A stretch of DNA of 64,000 bases from a bacterium. GTDB lineage: Bacteria > Desulfobacterota > Binatia > Binatales > Binataceae. The stretch spans positions 32,939 to 96,938 of the forward strand of contig JADBKU010000030.1 of NCBI GenBank assembly GCA_014896235.1, written 5' to 3'. A program made the translations under genes and the position numbers. A model generated the notes under the pieces. That model was given only the letters and a program-made list of their open reading frames with translations. It had not been told where the DNA came from and did no database searches. Shown here piece after piece: positions 44,229 through 54,582 of this stretch. The first letter of the stretch is position 1, and each line of letters begins with the position of its first letter.

Positions 44229-46247
44229 ATGCGACCAGGACCGGCATCGCGCGGGCGGAATATTTCCGCGCACGCAAGGCGGCGAGCCGCCCCGCGCCGC
44301 TTGCGGGCCGCGTGGGTCGCCGCGATTCTGCTTGCCGCCGTATGCGCTTATGCCGTGACGCCCGCCCGGCAGGCCGCTGCGATTAGCGATCAGGCGTTCG
44401 CGATGCTTGCCGGTTTGAATGCGGCGAGCGGCGGCGCGTCGAATCCCGCGGTCGGGCCGATGGCGATATTTGCCGGAGACGCGCAGGCGCTCAGTCATGC
44501 GTTGGCGACCGGCGACGGGTCGTCGGCCGCGTCCGCGATGGCGTCGCTGGAGGCCGATGAGAAATCCGTCGATGCCGCCGCCGGGCGCCATCCGCACGGC
44601 TTCGACACGAATCAATGGAATGCGATCAAGCGGCAAATGACCGCGCTGGAAGCCGCCGTTCCATCAGCCGCCGCCGCGCCACGCGGCGCGCCTGCGCCCA
44701 TTACGCCGCCGCCGATCGCGCCTGCGAGCGCCGGCGCCGCGGAAAAGCCGATGACCGATTCCGCGTCCGGATTGGCGCCGCACGGCGCGCCGCAAGTCGT
44801 GATCGAATCGCGCAGTCTCGACGGCGATACGGTGCGCATCAAAGGCTACATGGAAGGCTCCGATCTGACGAGCGCGGGGCTGTTCGAGAACGGCCGCGAG
44901 GTGCGCGCCTTTCATATCGGCAAAGTCGCGGGCGAGGAACGCGTCAACTTCGATCTCGGGCTGGGCAATCCTTCTTCAACGACCACGATCAGAGTTTTCG
45001 ATTCGGCAGGCCGGATGGGCGAAGCGTCCGTACTTGAGCCTGGCTCGGGCGGCGCGGCGCCCCCGGCTGCGGCGTCAGCGGCCGCGGTCGCGCGAGAGGC
45101 GTCGAATGAGCCGGAAATTCCCGCGATGCGCCCGCCGAACGCGCCGACCGAAGAAGCCGGCGTCGAGGTCGATCGCAATTCTCCGAATTCCGCGGCGGGC
45201 AATCTGGCGGTGATTCCCTCGCATGGCGCGCCGCGGCCGTCGCCATCGAAGCGCCATACGATGGCGAGCCGGCTGGCGGATTTCCATATCGACGTTATCG
45301 CTGTGAATCAGGTCCAAACGCAGCCGCCCATCTATGAAATCATCGGGCAGATTGAAGGGCGGGGCGTGAACCGCGCGGGAATTTATATCAATGGCCGCCT
45401 CGTCCATCGGATCCCGGTTGCCAGCGGCGCGCCGTTGAACAGCTTCGATCAGCGCTTCACGCTCGAAGGCGGCGCCCCGACGATCCGCGCCTATGCGATG
45501 GGCGACCGATTTATCGAAACGCCGGTCGATCTGGGCAATTCGCTCGCGTCGGCCGAACCGATGCCGCCAGCCGCCGCCGCGCCGATGACCGGCGGAGCCA
45601 TGCTCGGCGGAGCGCCCGTCATGGCCGCAGGCATCGCCATTCAAATCGCCGCCGTCGGCTCAATCTCGCCGACGCAGTCGGTCGTGTCCGGCGTGATTTC
45701 CGGCAAGCACATCGTCAGCGCCGGGCTTTATCAGAATGGGATGCTGGTGCAGGCGATTCCGGTCCGCCACGGAATCGGCGCGATGATCGGTTCGCTCCTG
45801 CCCGGCTCGTCGAACAACGTGAATTTCAACGTCCGGTTCGATCCGCAAGCCGGACCGGCGACGATCCGCGCCTACTCCGGCAAGGGCATCTACGCCGAAC
45901 AGCCGGTCGTCGCGGGCGCCACGAATAATCCCTACGCCGGCGGAACGACGACTTACGGCGGTTCGTATTCCTACAGCGCGCCGCCCGTCGTAATGATGCC
46001 GTACAGCGGCTACGGCATGTCGCCCTATGGAATGAGTCCCTACGGCTACGGGACATCGCCGTACGGAATGAGCCCTTATGGGTACGGTATGTCGCCGTAT
46101 GGAACGTATGCGCCGGCGATGCCGCCGAACGGCGTGTATGCGAATCCCGGCGCGGCCAGTCCGTATGCGGGCGGAACTTTCGGCGCGCCGCCCATCAATC
46201 CTTACGCCCCGCCGACCAATCCGTTCAGCGGCCCGCCCGTCCGCTAA
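44229..46247 (+). CDS. Large exported protein with three internal beta-rich repeats and a Tyr/Gly/Met/Ser/Pro tail (start uncertain)
   Basis: Hydrophobic signal AAWVAAILLAAVCAYA and a repeated AG(L/I)(F/Y)xNG...TIR(V/A)(F/Y) unit. Confidence 0.75.
   Translation: MRPGPASRGRNISAHARRRAAPRRLRAAWVAAILLAAVCAYAVTPARQAAAISDQAFAMLAGLNAASGGASNPAVGPMAIFAGDAQALSHALATGDGSSAASAMASLEADEKSVDAAAGRHPHGFDTNQWNAIKRQMTALEAAVPSAAAAPRGAPAPITPPPIAPASAGAAEKPMTDSASGLAPHGAPQVVIESRSLDGDTVRIKGYMEGSDLTSAGLFENGREVRAFHIGKVAGEERVNFDLGLGNPSSTTTIRVFDSAGRMGEASVLEPGSGGAAPPAAASAAAVAREASNEPEIPAMRPPNAPTEEAGVEVDRNSPNSAAGNLAVIPSHGAPRPSPSKRHTMASRLADFHIDVIAVNQVQTQPPIYEIIGQIEGRGVNRAGIYINGRLVHRIPVASGAPLNSFDQRFTLEGGAPTIRAYAMGDRFIETPVDLGNSLASAEPMPPAAAAPMTGGAMLGGAPVMAAGIAIQIAAVGSISPTQSVVSGVISGKHIVSAGLYQNGMLVQAIPVRHGIGAMIGSLLPGSSNNVNFNVRFDPQAGPATIRAYSGKGIYAEQPVVAGATNNPYAGGTTTYGGSYSYSAPPVVMMPYSGYGMSPYGMSPYGYGTSPYGMSPYGYGMSPYGTYAPAMPPNGVYANPGAASPYAGGTFGAPPINPYAPPTNPFSGPPVR
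46011..46110 (+). repeat. Coding tandem repeat of YG(M/T)SP with YG spacers
   Basis: YGMSPYGMSPYGYGTSPYGMSPYGYGMSPYG; the codons are synonymously diverged. Confidence 0.85.
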
Positions 46248-46330
46248 TTCTACGTCAAGTCCCGGTTGCGGCGGCGGGCGCGGTTGGATTATTATCTAAA
46301 GTTTACAGCCAATCCGAGAGAACAAGCATT

Positions 46331-46894
46331 ATGTTGATTCAGGCGACGCAGCTACGGCCCGGAATGGTGCTCGAATACAATGGCGGCCTCTGGCGCGTGA
46401 TGACCATCCAGCACATCACCCCCGGCAACTGGCGCGGGATGGTGCAGACCAAGCTGCGCAATATCCAGACCGGATCGCAGACTGAAAACCGCTTCCGCTC
46501 CGAAGATCGCGTCGAGCGGGTCATCCTCGACCAGGTTGAAATGGAATTCCTCTATCAGGAGGGCAACGATTTCCATTTCATGAACACCGAGACATACGAT
46601 CAGATCACGCTGCCCAAGGATTTGATCGAGGACGTCGCCGGATACCTGACGCCGAACCTGAAGGTTGAAGTCGAGTTTCACAACAGCACGCCGCTCAATG
46701 TGACGCCGCCGAAGACCGTTACGATGCGCGTGGTCGAGACCGACCCCGGCATCAAGACCGCGGCGGTCACCAACACGCTCAAGCCGGCCAAGCTCGAAAC
46801 CGGGTTGGTCGTGCAGGTGCCGCATTTCGTGGCCGAGGGCGACCTGATTACGATCAACACCGAGAACAACGAGTATCTTTCGCGTTCGAAGTGA
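46331..46894 (+). CDS. efp: Elongation factor P
   Basis: HITPGNWRGMVQTKLRN, FMNTETYDQ and KPAKLETGLVVQVP. Confidence 0.95.
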   Translation: MLIQATQLRPGMVLEYNGGLWRVMTIQHITPGNWRGMVQTKLRNIQTGSQTENRFRSEDRVERVILDQVEMEFLYQEGNDFHFMNTETYDQITLPKDLIEDVAGYLTPNLKVEVEFHNSTPLNVTPPKTVTMRVVETDPGIKTAAVTNTLKPAKLETGLVVQVPHFVAEGDLITINTENNEYLSRSK

Positions 46895-46931
46895 CGCGAT
46901 CCGCGCGGCGCCCGCCGCCAAGCAAGCGCCC

Positions 46932-48122
46932 GTGAACGATCGCGGCCATACCGCACGCCGCCGTCCGGTATCCAAACCGCACGCGCCGCGACCGCTACGC
47001 GGCGAAATCCGTTTCGGCCCCAATCTCTATCTCGCCCAGACCCATCCTGGACTCGAAGGCATTCTCTGGGCGGAAATTGAAAAGCGCCTCGGCCCCGCCG
47101 GCGCGCGCGAAAGCGCCCGCCGCACGATCGGCGATCGCGCCGGCGCGACGATTTTTCACGCCGAAAAAATCGATCCGCTGCGCGCGCTGCGCACGGCCGA
47201 AGACCTTTTCGCGCTGATCGGCTACCGCCGTTGGGCCGAAGCTCCCGAAGCTCCGGCGCGTTCCGGCGCGGCGCTCGAACGCATCCGCGCGGCGACCCAT
47301 CGCGCCCGTTTTATCGAAGAAGCCTTGGCCGCGCGCGAGCGCATCGCTCCAGGCGGCCGGACGGGCAAGCGGATTCGTTTTCGCGTCGTCGCGCGGATGG
47401 CCGGCGAGCACGGGTTTCGCCGCCTCGATTTGCGGCGCGTGGTCGAAAACGCGATGGCCGATCGCGGCGATCATGCCTGGCGCGCGGCCGGCGACGACAG
47501 CGCAGCCGACGTCGAGCTGTGGGCCACGATGCTGCCGGGCGAATTCATGCTCGCGCTGCGGCTGAGCGACGACCGGATGCGCCATCGCGAGTACAAGTCC
47601 GCGCACATTCCCGGTTCGCTGCGTCCGGCGGTCGCGGCGGCGATGGCATGGTTGTCGGAGCCGCGGGATGACGACGTGATGCTCGATCCGTTCTGCGGCG
47701 CCGGAACGATTTTGATCGAGCGCGCCCATCTCGGGCGTTACGCCAGGCTGCTCGGCGGCGACAGCGACCCGCACGCGCTTGCCGCCGCGCGCGAAAATAT
47801 CGGGCCGCGCCATCAGCCGCTGGAGCTGCGCGAATGGAACGCCGCCGCGTTGCCGCTCGCGCGCGCCTCCGTGACCACGGTCGTGACCAATCTGCCATGG
47901 GGCGCGCGGCATGGCTCGCACGAGGAAAATCGCGCGCTTTATCCGCGCGCGATCGCCGAAATTCGCCGCGTCGCCGTGCCGGGAGCGAAGCTCGTGATGC
48001 TCACCGCCGAGACGCGCCTGATGGAACGGACGCTGCGCGCCGAAGGTCTGCGTCCCGAGCGGATTATGCGCGTTTCGATTCTCGGCGCGCCGGCCGCGAT
48101 CTATGTGGTGCGCAACGTTTGA
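46932..48122 (+). CDS. THUMP/UPF0020-type RNA methyltransferase
   Basis: PGSLRPAVAAAM, LDPFCGAGTILIE and VTNLPWG. Confidence 0.85.
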   Translation: MNDRGHTARRRPVSKPHAPRPLRGEIRFGPNLYLAQTHPGLEGILWAEIEKRLGPAGARESARRTIGDRAGATIFHAEKIDPLRALRTAEDLFALIGYRRWAEAPEAPARSGAALERIRAATHRARFIEEALAARERIAPGGRTGKRIRFRVVARMAGEHGFRRLDLRRVVENAMADRGDHAWRAAGDDSAADVELWATMLPGEFMLALRLSDDRMRHREYKSAHIPGSLRPAVAAAMAWLSEPRDDDVMLDPFCGAGTILIERAHLGRYARLLGGDSDPHALAAARENIGPRHQPLELREWNAAALPLARASVTTVVTNLPWGARHGSHEENRALYPRAIAEIRRVAVPGAKLVMLTAETRLMERTLRAEGLRPERIMRVSILGAPAAIYVVRNV

Positions 48123-48254
48123 TTGCGGGCGATGGATGGCCGGGTCAGGTCCGTCAATGACGGCGGAAATTATCGCCGGCAGAAACTCGGCGCCGGCGCC
48201 GGAAACGGCCAGCGCGAGCGGCGGGTGCGAAAAGCGGGGCCGGGATGCGGGCGG

Positions 48255-49034
48255 TCACTCGCGCTCGATCAGATAAGTCGCGCTGGCGCGGACGGTGCGA
48301 ATCGTATCGCCGTCGCGCGTCATCTTGAGGCCGGCGCGATCGCCCTCCGCCGCTTCTTCCATCAGCGCGCGCAGCTGCGCGGCGCGCTCCGGCGGCGTGC
48401 GATTGAACGAAATCCAGTCGTCGAAGCTGGCGCGGGTTTCGCGCACGATTTTCATCGCGATGCGAAAACCCTCCGCCGCGAACATCGTCTCGAACTCGCC
48501 GGGCGGCAGCGCGCGCGCGTGGGTCGGATCGCTCAGCCGCTCCATCCGGTTGTGAAGCTCGGACTTTTCCGGATCGTCCGCGCTCAACAGATCGGCGATC
48601 AGCATCCAGCCGCGATCTCCCACCACGCGCGCCATCTCGGCGAAGACCCGCTTCGGATTGACGAAATGGTGGAACGAAAAGCGGCAGATCGCGCCGTTGA
48701 CCCCGCCCGACCTGAGCGGCATCCGCTCGAACTCGCCGACGATAAATTCGGCGTTCGCCACGCCGCGCGCATCCGCTTCGGCGCGCGCCCGCGCCAGGGC
48801 GTCGTCGGCGAAGTCGATTCCGATCGCGGCGCGGCAGCGCTCGGCGAAGGCGAAGGTCGCGGCGCCGGGTCCGCACGCGACGTCGAGCACGATATCGTCG
48901 CGGCTCGCGCCGGCGGTCGAAACCATGAAGGCGACGAACTTGCGGTCTCCCGGAGATTCTGACGGAGCGTAAGCCGAAGGCTGGCGGCGGAATTGCGCGA
49001 GCAGGGCGGGGCTGGTCCAGATCGATTCGCTCAT
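48255..49034 (-). CDS. Class I SAM-dependent methyltransferase
   Basis: VLDVACGPG, CRFSFHHF and ERLSDPTHARAL. Confidence 0.88.
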   Translation of the reverse strand: MSESIWTSPALLAQFRRQPSAYAPSESPGDRKFVAFMVSTAGASRDDIVLDVACGPGAATFAFAERCRAAIGIDFADDALARARAEADARGVANAEFIVGEFERMPLRSGGVNGAICRFSFHHFVNPKRVFAEMARVVGDRGWMLIADLLSADDPEKSELHNRMERLSDPTHARALPPGEFETMFAAEGFRIAMKIVRETRASFDDWISFNRTPPERAAQLRALMEEAAEGDRAGLKMTRDGDTIRTVRASATYLIERE

Positions 49035-49141
49035 CGCGGCGTTTCACCTTCCAGCGCGATTGCGGCGCGGGATGGGCGCGATGTTAGCGCCGGAGGGCGG
49101 CGGAAGTCACGAAGAACGATTCCGGCTGGATTTCGTCCGGT

Positions 49142-49540
49142 TCAGCCGAGCGCGCGGGGCGCACGCTCGCGCGCCAGCGATCGCCACGGCTCGGGCAGCT
49201 CGACCTCGCGCGCGTCGGTCCAAGTGCGCTCCAGCCGGTAAAAATCGCGCGCCGGCTCAAGAAACAGATGAATCACGACGTCGGCGTAGTCGAGCACCAC
49301 CCAATGCGCGTGGGCCAGCCCCTCGATCGCGAGGGGGCGCGCGCCGTCGAGCGACAGGCGCTCCTCGACGCCGCGCGCGATCGCCTGCACCTGCACGTCG
49401 GAACGGCCGGTGGCGACGATGAAATAATCGGCGATCGAGTTTAGATGTTCGACCTCAAGCACGACGAGATCGAACGCTTTTTTGTCCAACGCCGCCTCCG
49501 CGGCGGCCAGCGCTTTTTGATACGAAGTCAGTTTCGCCAT
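49142..49540 (-). CDS. rsfS: Ribosome silencing factor
   Basis: DKKA.D, ADYFIVATG and WVVLDYADVVIHLF...RDFYRLERTW. Confidence 0.95.
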   Translation of the reverse strand: MAKLTSYQKALAAAEAALDKKAFDLVVLEVEHLNSIADYFIVATGRSDVQVQAIARGVEERLSLDGARPLAIEGLAHAHWVVLDYADVVIHLFLEPARDFYRLERTWTDAREVELPEPWRSLARERAPRALG

Positions 49541-49586
49541 TTCCTCCGGAATCGATCGGCCGGGCGCGCGATCCGTCGCGGATGGA

Positions 49587-50270
49587 TCATCGTCCGGCCC
49601 GATAGAGCGCGTGGCGCTCGATATAATCGGCGACGTCGCCCGGCACGAGATAGCGAATCGACTGATGCGCCGCGATTTTCCGCCGAATTAGAGTGGCTGA
49701 AACGGGAAAGAATGTCGTAGCGACGAACGTGAGCGTATGCCCGCTTGGATTAACGAAAAAATCTTCTTTTGCAGAGTAGCCAAAGCGCTCGAGCGTCGCA
49801 AGCAGACGCGGCTCGGGTTCGTCGGCGCGGTCGGCGGGGCGGGTATGCACGGCAAGGTTGCTGAGCCGGGTGATCTCGTCGGCCTCCTTCCAGGTTTCCA
49901 GTTCGGCGAACTGATCGCCGCCCATGATCAGAAAGAATTCCGGTTTGGCGCGCGCCGTCCTGATAAAATAACGAATCGTGTCGACCGTGTAGGACGGTCC
50001 TGAGCGCCGCACTTCGGCCTCGGACACCATGAAGTATCGATTGCCTTTGGTCGCCAGCTGGACCATCGCTAGACGATGCTCCGCCGCCGCAAGGTCTTCC
50101 CCGGATTTGTGCGGCGGCGCCGCGGCGGGAATGAAATAGACCAAATCGAGGCCAAGCGTCTCGCGATCCTCCTCCGCGGCGCGCAGATGGCCCAGATGGA
50201 TTGGATTGAAACTTCCGCCGAACAGTCCGACTCGCATCGTCGTCGCCGCGCCGCGCGGCTCGCCGTTCAT
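49587..50270 (-). CDS. nadD: Nicotinate-nucleotide adenylyltransferase
   Basis: GGSFNPIHLGH, PPHK, SYTVDT and VSATLIR. Confidence 0.95.
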   Translation of the reverse strand: MNGEPRGAATTMRVGLFGGSFNPIHLGHLRAAEEDRETLGLDLVYFIPAAAPPHKSGEDLAAAEHRLAMVQLATKGNRYFMVSEAEVRRSGPSYTVDTIRYFIRTARAKPEFFLIMGGDQFAELETWKEADEITRLSNLAVHTRPADRADEPEPRLLATLERFGYSAKEDFFVNPSGHTLTFVATTFFPVSATLIRRKIAAHQSIRYLVPGDVADYIERHALYRAGR

Positions 50271-50280
50271 GCCCGCCGCC

Positions 50281-51564
50281 TCATCGGCGCACCTGGCCCT
50301 CGCCGTGGATCACGTATTTGTAGATCGTCAACTCGCGCAGTCCCATCGGTCCGCGCGCGTGCAGGCGGTTGGTTGAGATTCCGGTTTCCGCGCCGAAGCC
50401 GAATTCGAAGCCGTCGGTGAAGCGGGTCGAGGCATTGACATATACCGTCGCGGAATCGACTTCGCGCTCGAAGCGCGCGGCGGCCTCGGGATCGGCGGTG
50501 ACGATCGCGTCGGCCAGGCCCGATCCGTGCCGGCCGATGAATTCGATCGCCTCGTCGAGCGAATCGACGATCTTAACCGCGAGAATCAGATCGAGGTATT
50601 CCGTATCCCAGTCGGCTGCGGTCGCCGCGGCGCAATCCGGAATCAGCGCGCGCGCGCGATCGTCGCCGCGCAGTTCGACTCCGGCCGCGCGCATCCGCGC
50701 GGCGATCCGCGGCAGAAAGCGCGCCGCCACGGCGGCGTGGACGATCATCGTTTCCATCGCGTTGCAGACCGACGGCCGGCTGCACTTGGCGTTGAAACAG
50801 ATTTCTTCGGCCATCGCGAGATCGGCGGCGCGATCGACGTAGGTGTGGCAGATGCCGTCAAAGTGCGGCAGGATCGGCACGGCCGATCCGGCGAGCGCCT
50901 CTTTGAGCGATTTGCCGCCGCGCGGAATGATCAGGTCGATCAGTTCCGGATGCCGTTTCAGGATTTGAATCGCCTCGCGATCCGGATTGCGCACCATCGC
51001 GAGGCACGCCGGATCGAAACCTTCGGCCTCGATCGCGGCGGCCATCAGGCGCCCCAGTTCGCGATTCGTCGCGAGCGCCTCGCGTCCTCCGCGCAGCACG
51101 ACCGCGTTGCCGGCCTTGAAGCCGAGCGCGCCGGCGTCGACGGTGACGTTGGGGCGCGCCTCGTAAATAATCGCGATTACGCCGAGCGGAACCCGGACCT
51201 GCCGGATTTCAAGTCCGTTCGGCCGCCGCCATGCCGCCATCGTCTCGCCGACCGGATCCGGCAGCGCGGCGATTTCCCCGACCCCGCGCGCGATCGCGCC
51301 GATGCGATCGGCGTTGAGCGTCAGCCGATCGAGCATCGCGCCGGAAATTCCCGCGGCGCGTGCGTTTTCGAGATCGAGTCGATTCGCCGCGAGCAGCGCG
51401 TCGCCGGAGTCGCGCAGCGCCGCCGCCAGCCGCTCGAGCGCGGCGTTCTTGCGATCGGCCGAAGCGAGCGCCAGGCCGCGCGCGGCGCGCCGCGCCGCCG
51501 GCGCGCCGCCGGATGCTGCGCAATCTTGCGCAACTGGGCCATTTTGCTCTGCCCGGCGTGACAA
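50281..51564 (-). CDS. proA: Gamma-glutamyl phosphate reductase
   Basis: PLGVIAIIYEARPNVT, IIPRGG, CNAMET, NASTRFTDG and LHARGPMGL. Confidence 0.95.
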   Translation of the reverse strand: MSRRAEQNGPVAQDCAASGGAPAARRAARGLALASADRKNAALERLAAALRDSGDALLAANRLDLENARAAGISGAMLDRLTLNADRIGAIARGVGEIAALPDPVGETMAAWRRPNGLEIRQVRVPLGVIAIIYEARPNVTVDAGALGFKAGNAVVLRGGREALATNRELGRLMAAAIEAEGFDPACLAMVRNPDREAIQILKRHPELIDLIIPRGGKSLKEALAGSAVPILPHFDGICHTYVDRAADLAMAEEICFNAKCSRPSVCNAMETMIVHAAVAARFLPRIAARMRAAGVELRGDDRARALIPDCAAATAADWDTEYLDLILAVKIVDSLDEAIEFIGRHGSGLADAIVTADPEAAARFEREVDSATVYVNASTRFTDGFEFGFGAETGISTNRLHARGPMGLRELTIYKYVIHGEGQVRR

Positions 51565-51753
51565 CGACCGACCGGATGCGCGTGCTTAGCGGATACGCCG
51601 CCGGGCTCGACCGAGAGCGCCGGCGCGCGGCGATGCGGCGGGCGGCGGCGATGATAGCGCGGAGAATCCAGCGGGACGGAATGACGCGCGTCGCTCCGCT
51701 CGGCGCGGGCCGGGCGGATTTGGGCGGACAGCGGCGCGGAAACGGCGGCGGCG

Positions 51754-52446
51754 ATGGCTGAACCAATGGAAATTTCGGTGGTGATTCCGGTCTTCAACGA
51801 GGTTGCGACGATCGGCCAGGTGATCGAGCGCGTGCTGAAAACCGGTTTCGACGCCGAGATAATCGTCGTCGATGACGCTTCGAACGACGGCACGCGGGAA
51901 TACCTCAAGCAACTGGAGCATCCCCGGGTAAACTGCTTTTTCCATTCGGTGAACCGCGGCAAGGGCGCGGCGCTCAGGCTGGGATTCGCCGCGGCGCGCA
52001 AGCGGTTCGTGATCGTGCAGGACGCCGACCTGGAATACGACCCGCGGGATTTCGCGAAGGTATTGGAGCCGCTCGCCGACGATCGCGCCGACATGGTGTT
52101 CGGCTCGCGCTTCCTTGGCGGGCCGCATCGCGTGCTCTTCTTCTGGCACTACGTCGGCAATCGTTTCCTGACCCTCATTTCAAACGCCTTCAACAATCTC
52201 AACCTGACCGACATGGAAACCGGCATGAAGGCGTTCCGCCGCGACCGCCTGCTCGAACTCAAGCTGAGCGCGGACCGCTTCACTTTCGAACCCGAAATTA
52301 CGGCCAAGGCGGCGCGCGCCCGCTGGCGCATCTATGAAGTGCCGATTTCATACTCCGGTCGAACTTATGACGAAGGCAAGAAAATAGGATGGCGCGATGC
52401 GATCGGCGCGCTCGCGGCGATTCTCTATTACCGGTTCATGGATTGA
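51754..52446 (+). CDS. GT2 polyprenol-phosphate glycosyltransferase (DPM1-like)
   Basis: VIPVFNE, VDDAS.DGT, NRGKGAA, QDADLEYDP and TDMETG.K. Confidence 0.92.
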   Translation: MAEPMEISVVIPVFNEVATIGQVIERVLKTGFDAEIIVVDDASNDGTREYLKQLEHPRVNCFFHSVNRGKGAALRLGFAAARKRFVIVQDADLEYDPRDFAKVLEPLADDRADMVFGSRFLGGPHRVLFFWHYVGNRFLTLISNAFNNLNLTDMETGMKAFRRDRLLELKLSADRFTFEPEITAKAARARWRIYEVPISYSGRTYDEGKKIGWRDAIGALAAILYYRFMD

Positions 52447-52507
52447 ACGCCGCGACCGCATATCCCGACGCGGCAAGTCCCGCGACAAATCGACGCGGCG
52501 ATGACGA

Positions 52508-53636
52508 TGGGCCGCACGCGGGCGAGCCGCCGCTGCGCATTGCGGGGGTCGATCCGGAACGCGGCTTCGCCGGCGGCGAAACGCAGGTGATGGGCCTGAC
52601 GGCCGAGTTGCTCCGCGCGGGCCATCGGGCCGAGTTGGTTTGCGATCCGGCCGGCGAGCTGTGGCGGCGCGCCGAGGCGGCGGGAATCCGATGCCATCCG
52701 CTGCGCGTACGCAATTCGATCGACGTAGCGGCGGGCTTGCGGCTCCGCGCATTATTGCGTGCGAACCGCTTCGACGTCGCGCACTTCCATACCGCGCGCG
52801 CTCACGCGCTGGCGCCGTTCGCGCACGGCGCGGCGCAGGCGCTGATCGTGACGCGGCGGATGGACTACCGGCCCAACCGGCTTTTCGCGCGATGGCTCTT
52901 CAACCGCGCCGTGGACGGGGTCGCGGCGATTTCGCCGGCCGTCGCGGATGCGCTGGAGTCGGCGGGGGTTCCGCGCGCAGGGATTGCGATTATTCCGAGC
53001 GGCGTGGATTGTGAACGTTTTCGGCCGCCGACCGCATCGGAACGGCGCGCGGCCCGCGCCCGCTTCGCGCTGGATGAAAGCGACGTGGTGGTCGGCGCGA
53101 TTGGCGCGCTCGAACCCCGCAAAGGCCATCGCGAACTGATCGATGCAATAGCGACGCTCAAACTGGCGCGGCCGCTCAAATGCCTGATCGCGGGCGACGG
53201 CGGGCTGCGCGGCGAACTTGTGGCGCAGATCGAACGCCTCGGCGTCGCGCACAAGGTTCGCTTGCTCGGACGCCTCGAAGATCCGCGCGAGTTGCTGTGG
53301 GCGCTGGATATCTTCGCGATGCCGTCGCTGAAGGAAGGTCTGGGCGTGGCGGCGCTCGAGGCGATGGCGTGCGGACTGCCGGTGGTCGCCAGCCGGACCG
53401 GCGGGCTGGCCGATTTGATCGAAGACGGTCGCACGGGAATGCTGGTCGCGCCGGGAGTCGCCGGCGCGCTTGCGGATGGAATCGCGGCGCTGGCCGATGC
53501 GCCCGCGCGGCGCGTGGAAATCGGATCGGCCGCGGCCGCGCGGGCGCGGTCGGATTATACGATGGCGGCGATGGCGGAGCGGACGCTCGCGCTTTATCGC
53601 GAATGCATACGCCGGCGCGCGGCGCGCGGCGCTTGA
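52508..53636 (+). CDS. Glycosyltransferase family 4 (start uncertain)
   Basis: GGETQV, HFHTARA, RKGH and PSLKEGLGVAALEAMA. Confidence 0.88.
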
Positions 53637-53653
53637 GGACAAGGCGGGACGCG

Positions 53654-54529
53654 ATGCGAAGCATGACCGGATTTGGACGGGCGCAAATCGAACGCGGCGG
53701 CTATCAGGCCGTGGCCGAGGCGCGCGCGCTCAACCAGAGATTTTTCGAGCTCAAGCTGAGCCTGCCGCGCGGATGGGGCGAGTTCGAAGCCGAGGTGCGC
53801 AAGCTCGTGCAAGGCGTCGTCAGCCGGGGCCGGGTGGAAGTGTTCATACGTTGCGTGGCGCTTAAGCCGCCGCCCACACGGCTGCGGGTCAACGACGAAC
53901 TGGCGGCCAGTTACGTCGCGGAATTGCGGCGGATGGGAAAGCGGCTCGGCCTTGACGGCGGCGTCGGCGTGGAGGCGCTGCTGCAGCGTCCGGAGATATT
54001 TCAGGTAATCGAAGAGGAGCGCGACGATCGGGCCGGCGCGCCGCTCGCGCTGACCGCGCTGAGCCGCGCGCTGAAAGCGCTGGAGGCCGAGCGTATCCGC
54101 GAAGGCGCGGCGCTGAAGCGCGATTTCGAGGCGCGGCTTGCAACTATCGGACGCGCCGCGCCGAAAATCGAGAAGCTGGCCGCGGCGTCGCGGGCGGCGA
54201 TTCGAGCGACATTCGAAAGCCGCGTCAGAGAGCTGCTCGGCGATTTGCCCGTGAATGAAAAACGACTCTACGAAGAAGCGTCGTCCGCCGCCCAACATGG
54301 CGATATCAGCGAGGAAATGACGCGACTCAAGGTCCATCTGAAAGCGCTGAAGGCGGCGATCGGACGAAGCGGGCCGATCGGCAAATCGATCGAATTCCTG
54401 CTCCAGGAGATAAATCGCGAAGTGAATACGATGGGGTCGAAGTCGCAGAACGCGGCGCTTTCGCAAATCACGATCGAAATCAAGGGCGAAATCGAAAAGA
54501 TGCGCGAACAGGTGCAGAACATCGAATAA
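53654..54529 (+). CDS. yicC: YicC/YloC family endoribonuclease
   Basis: MRSMTGFG, DISEE..RL..H, FLLQEINREVNTMGSK and EKMREQVQNIE. Confidence 0.93.
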   Translation: MRSMTGFGRAQIERGGYQAVAEARALNQRFFELKLSLPRGWGEFEAEVRKLVQGVVSRGRVEVFIRCVALKPPPTRLRVNDELAASYVAELRRMGKRLGLDGGVGVEALLQRPEIFQVIEEERDDRAGAPLALTALSRALKALEAERIREGAALKRDFEARLATIGRAAPKIEKLAAASRAAIRATFESRVRELLGDLPVNEKRLYEEASSAAQHGDISEEMTRLKVHLKALKAAIGRSGPIGKSIEFLLQEINREVNTMGSKSQNAALSQITIEIKGEIEKMREQVQNIE

Positions 54530-54582
54530 CGCGGGCCAAGTAAAACGGCATTTGCGCAAACGCGGATGGTTGATTAAGTTAT

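Noticed and set aside
46011-46110. CRISPR array or DNA-level VNTR
   Set aside because: The units are in-frame peptide repeats with diverged codons and no spacers; no CRISPR array or cas gene was seen in the window.
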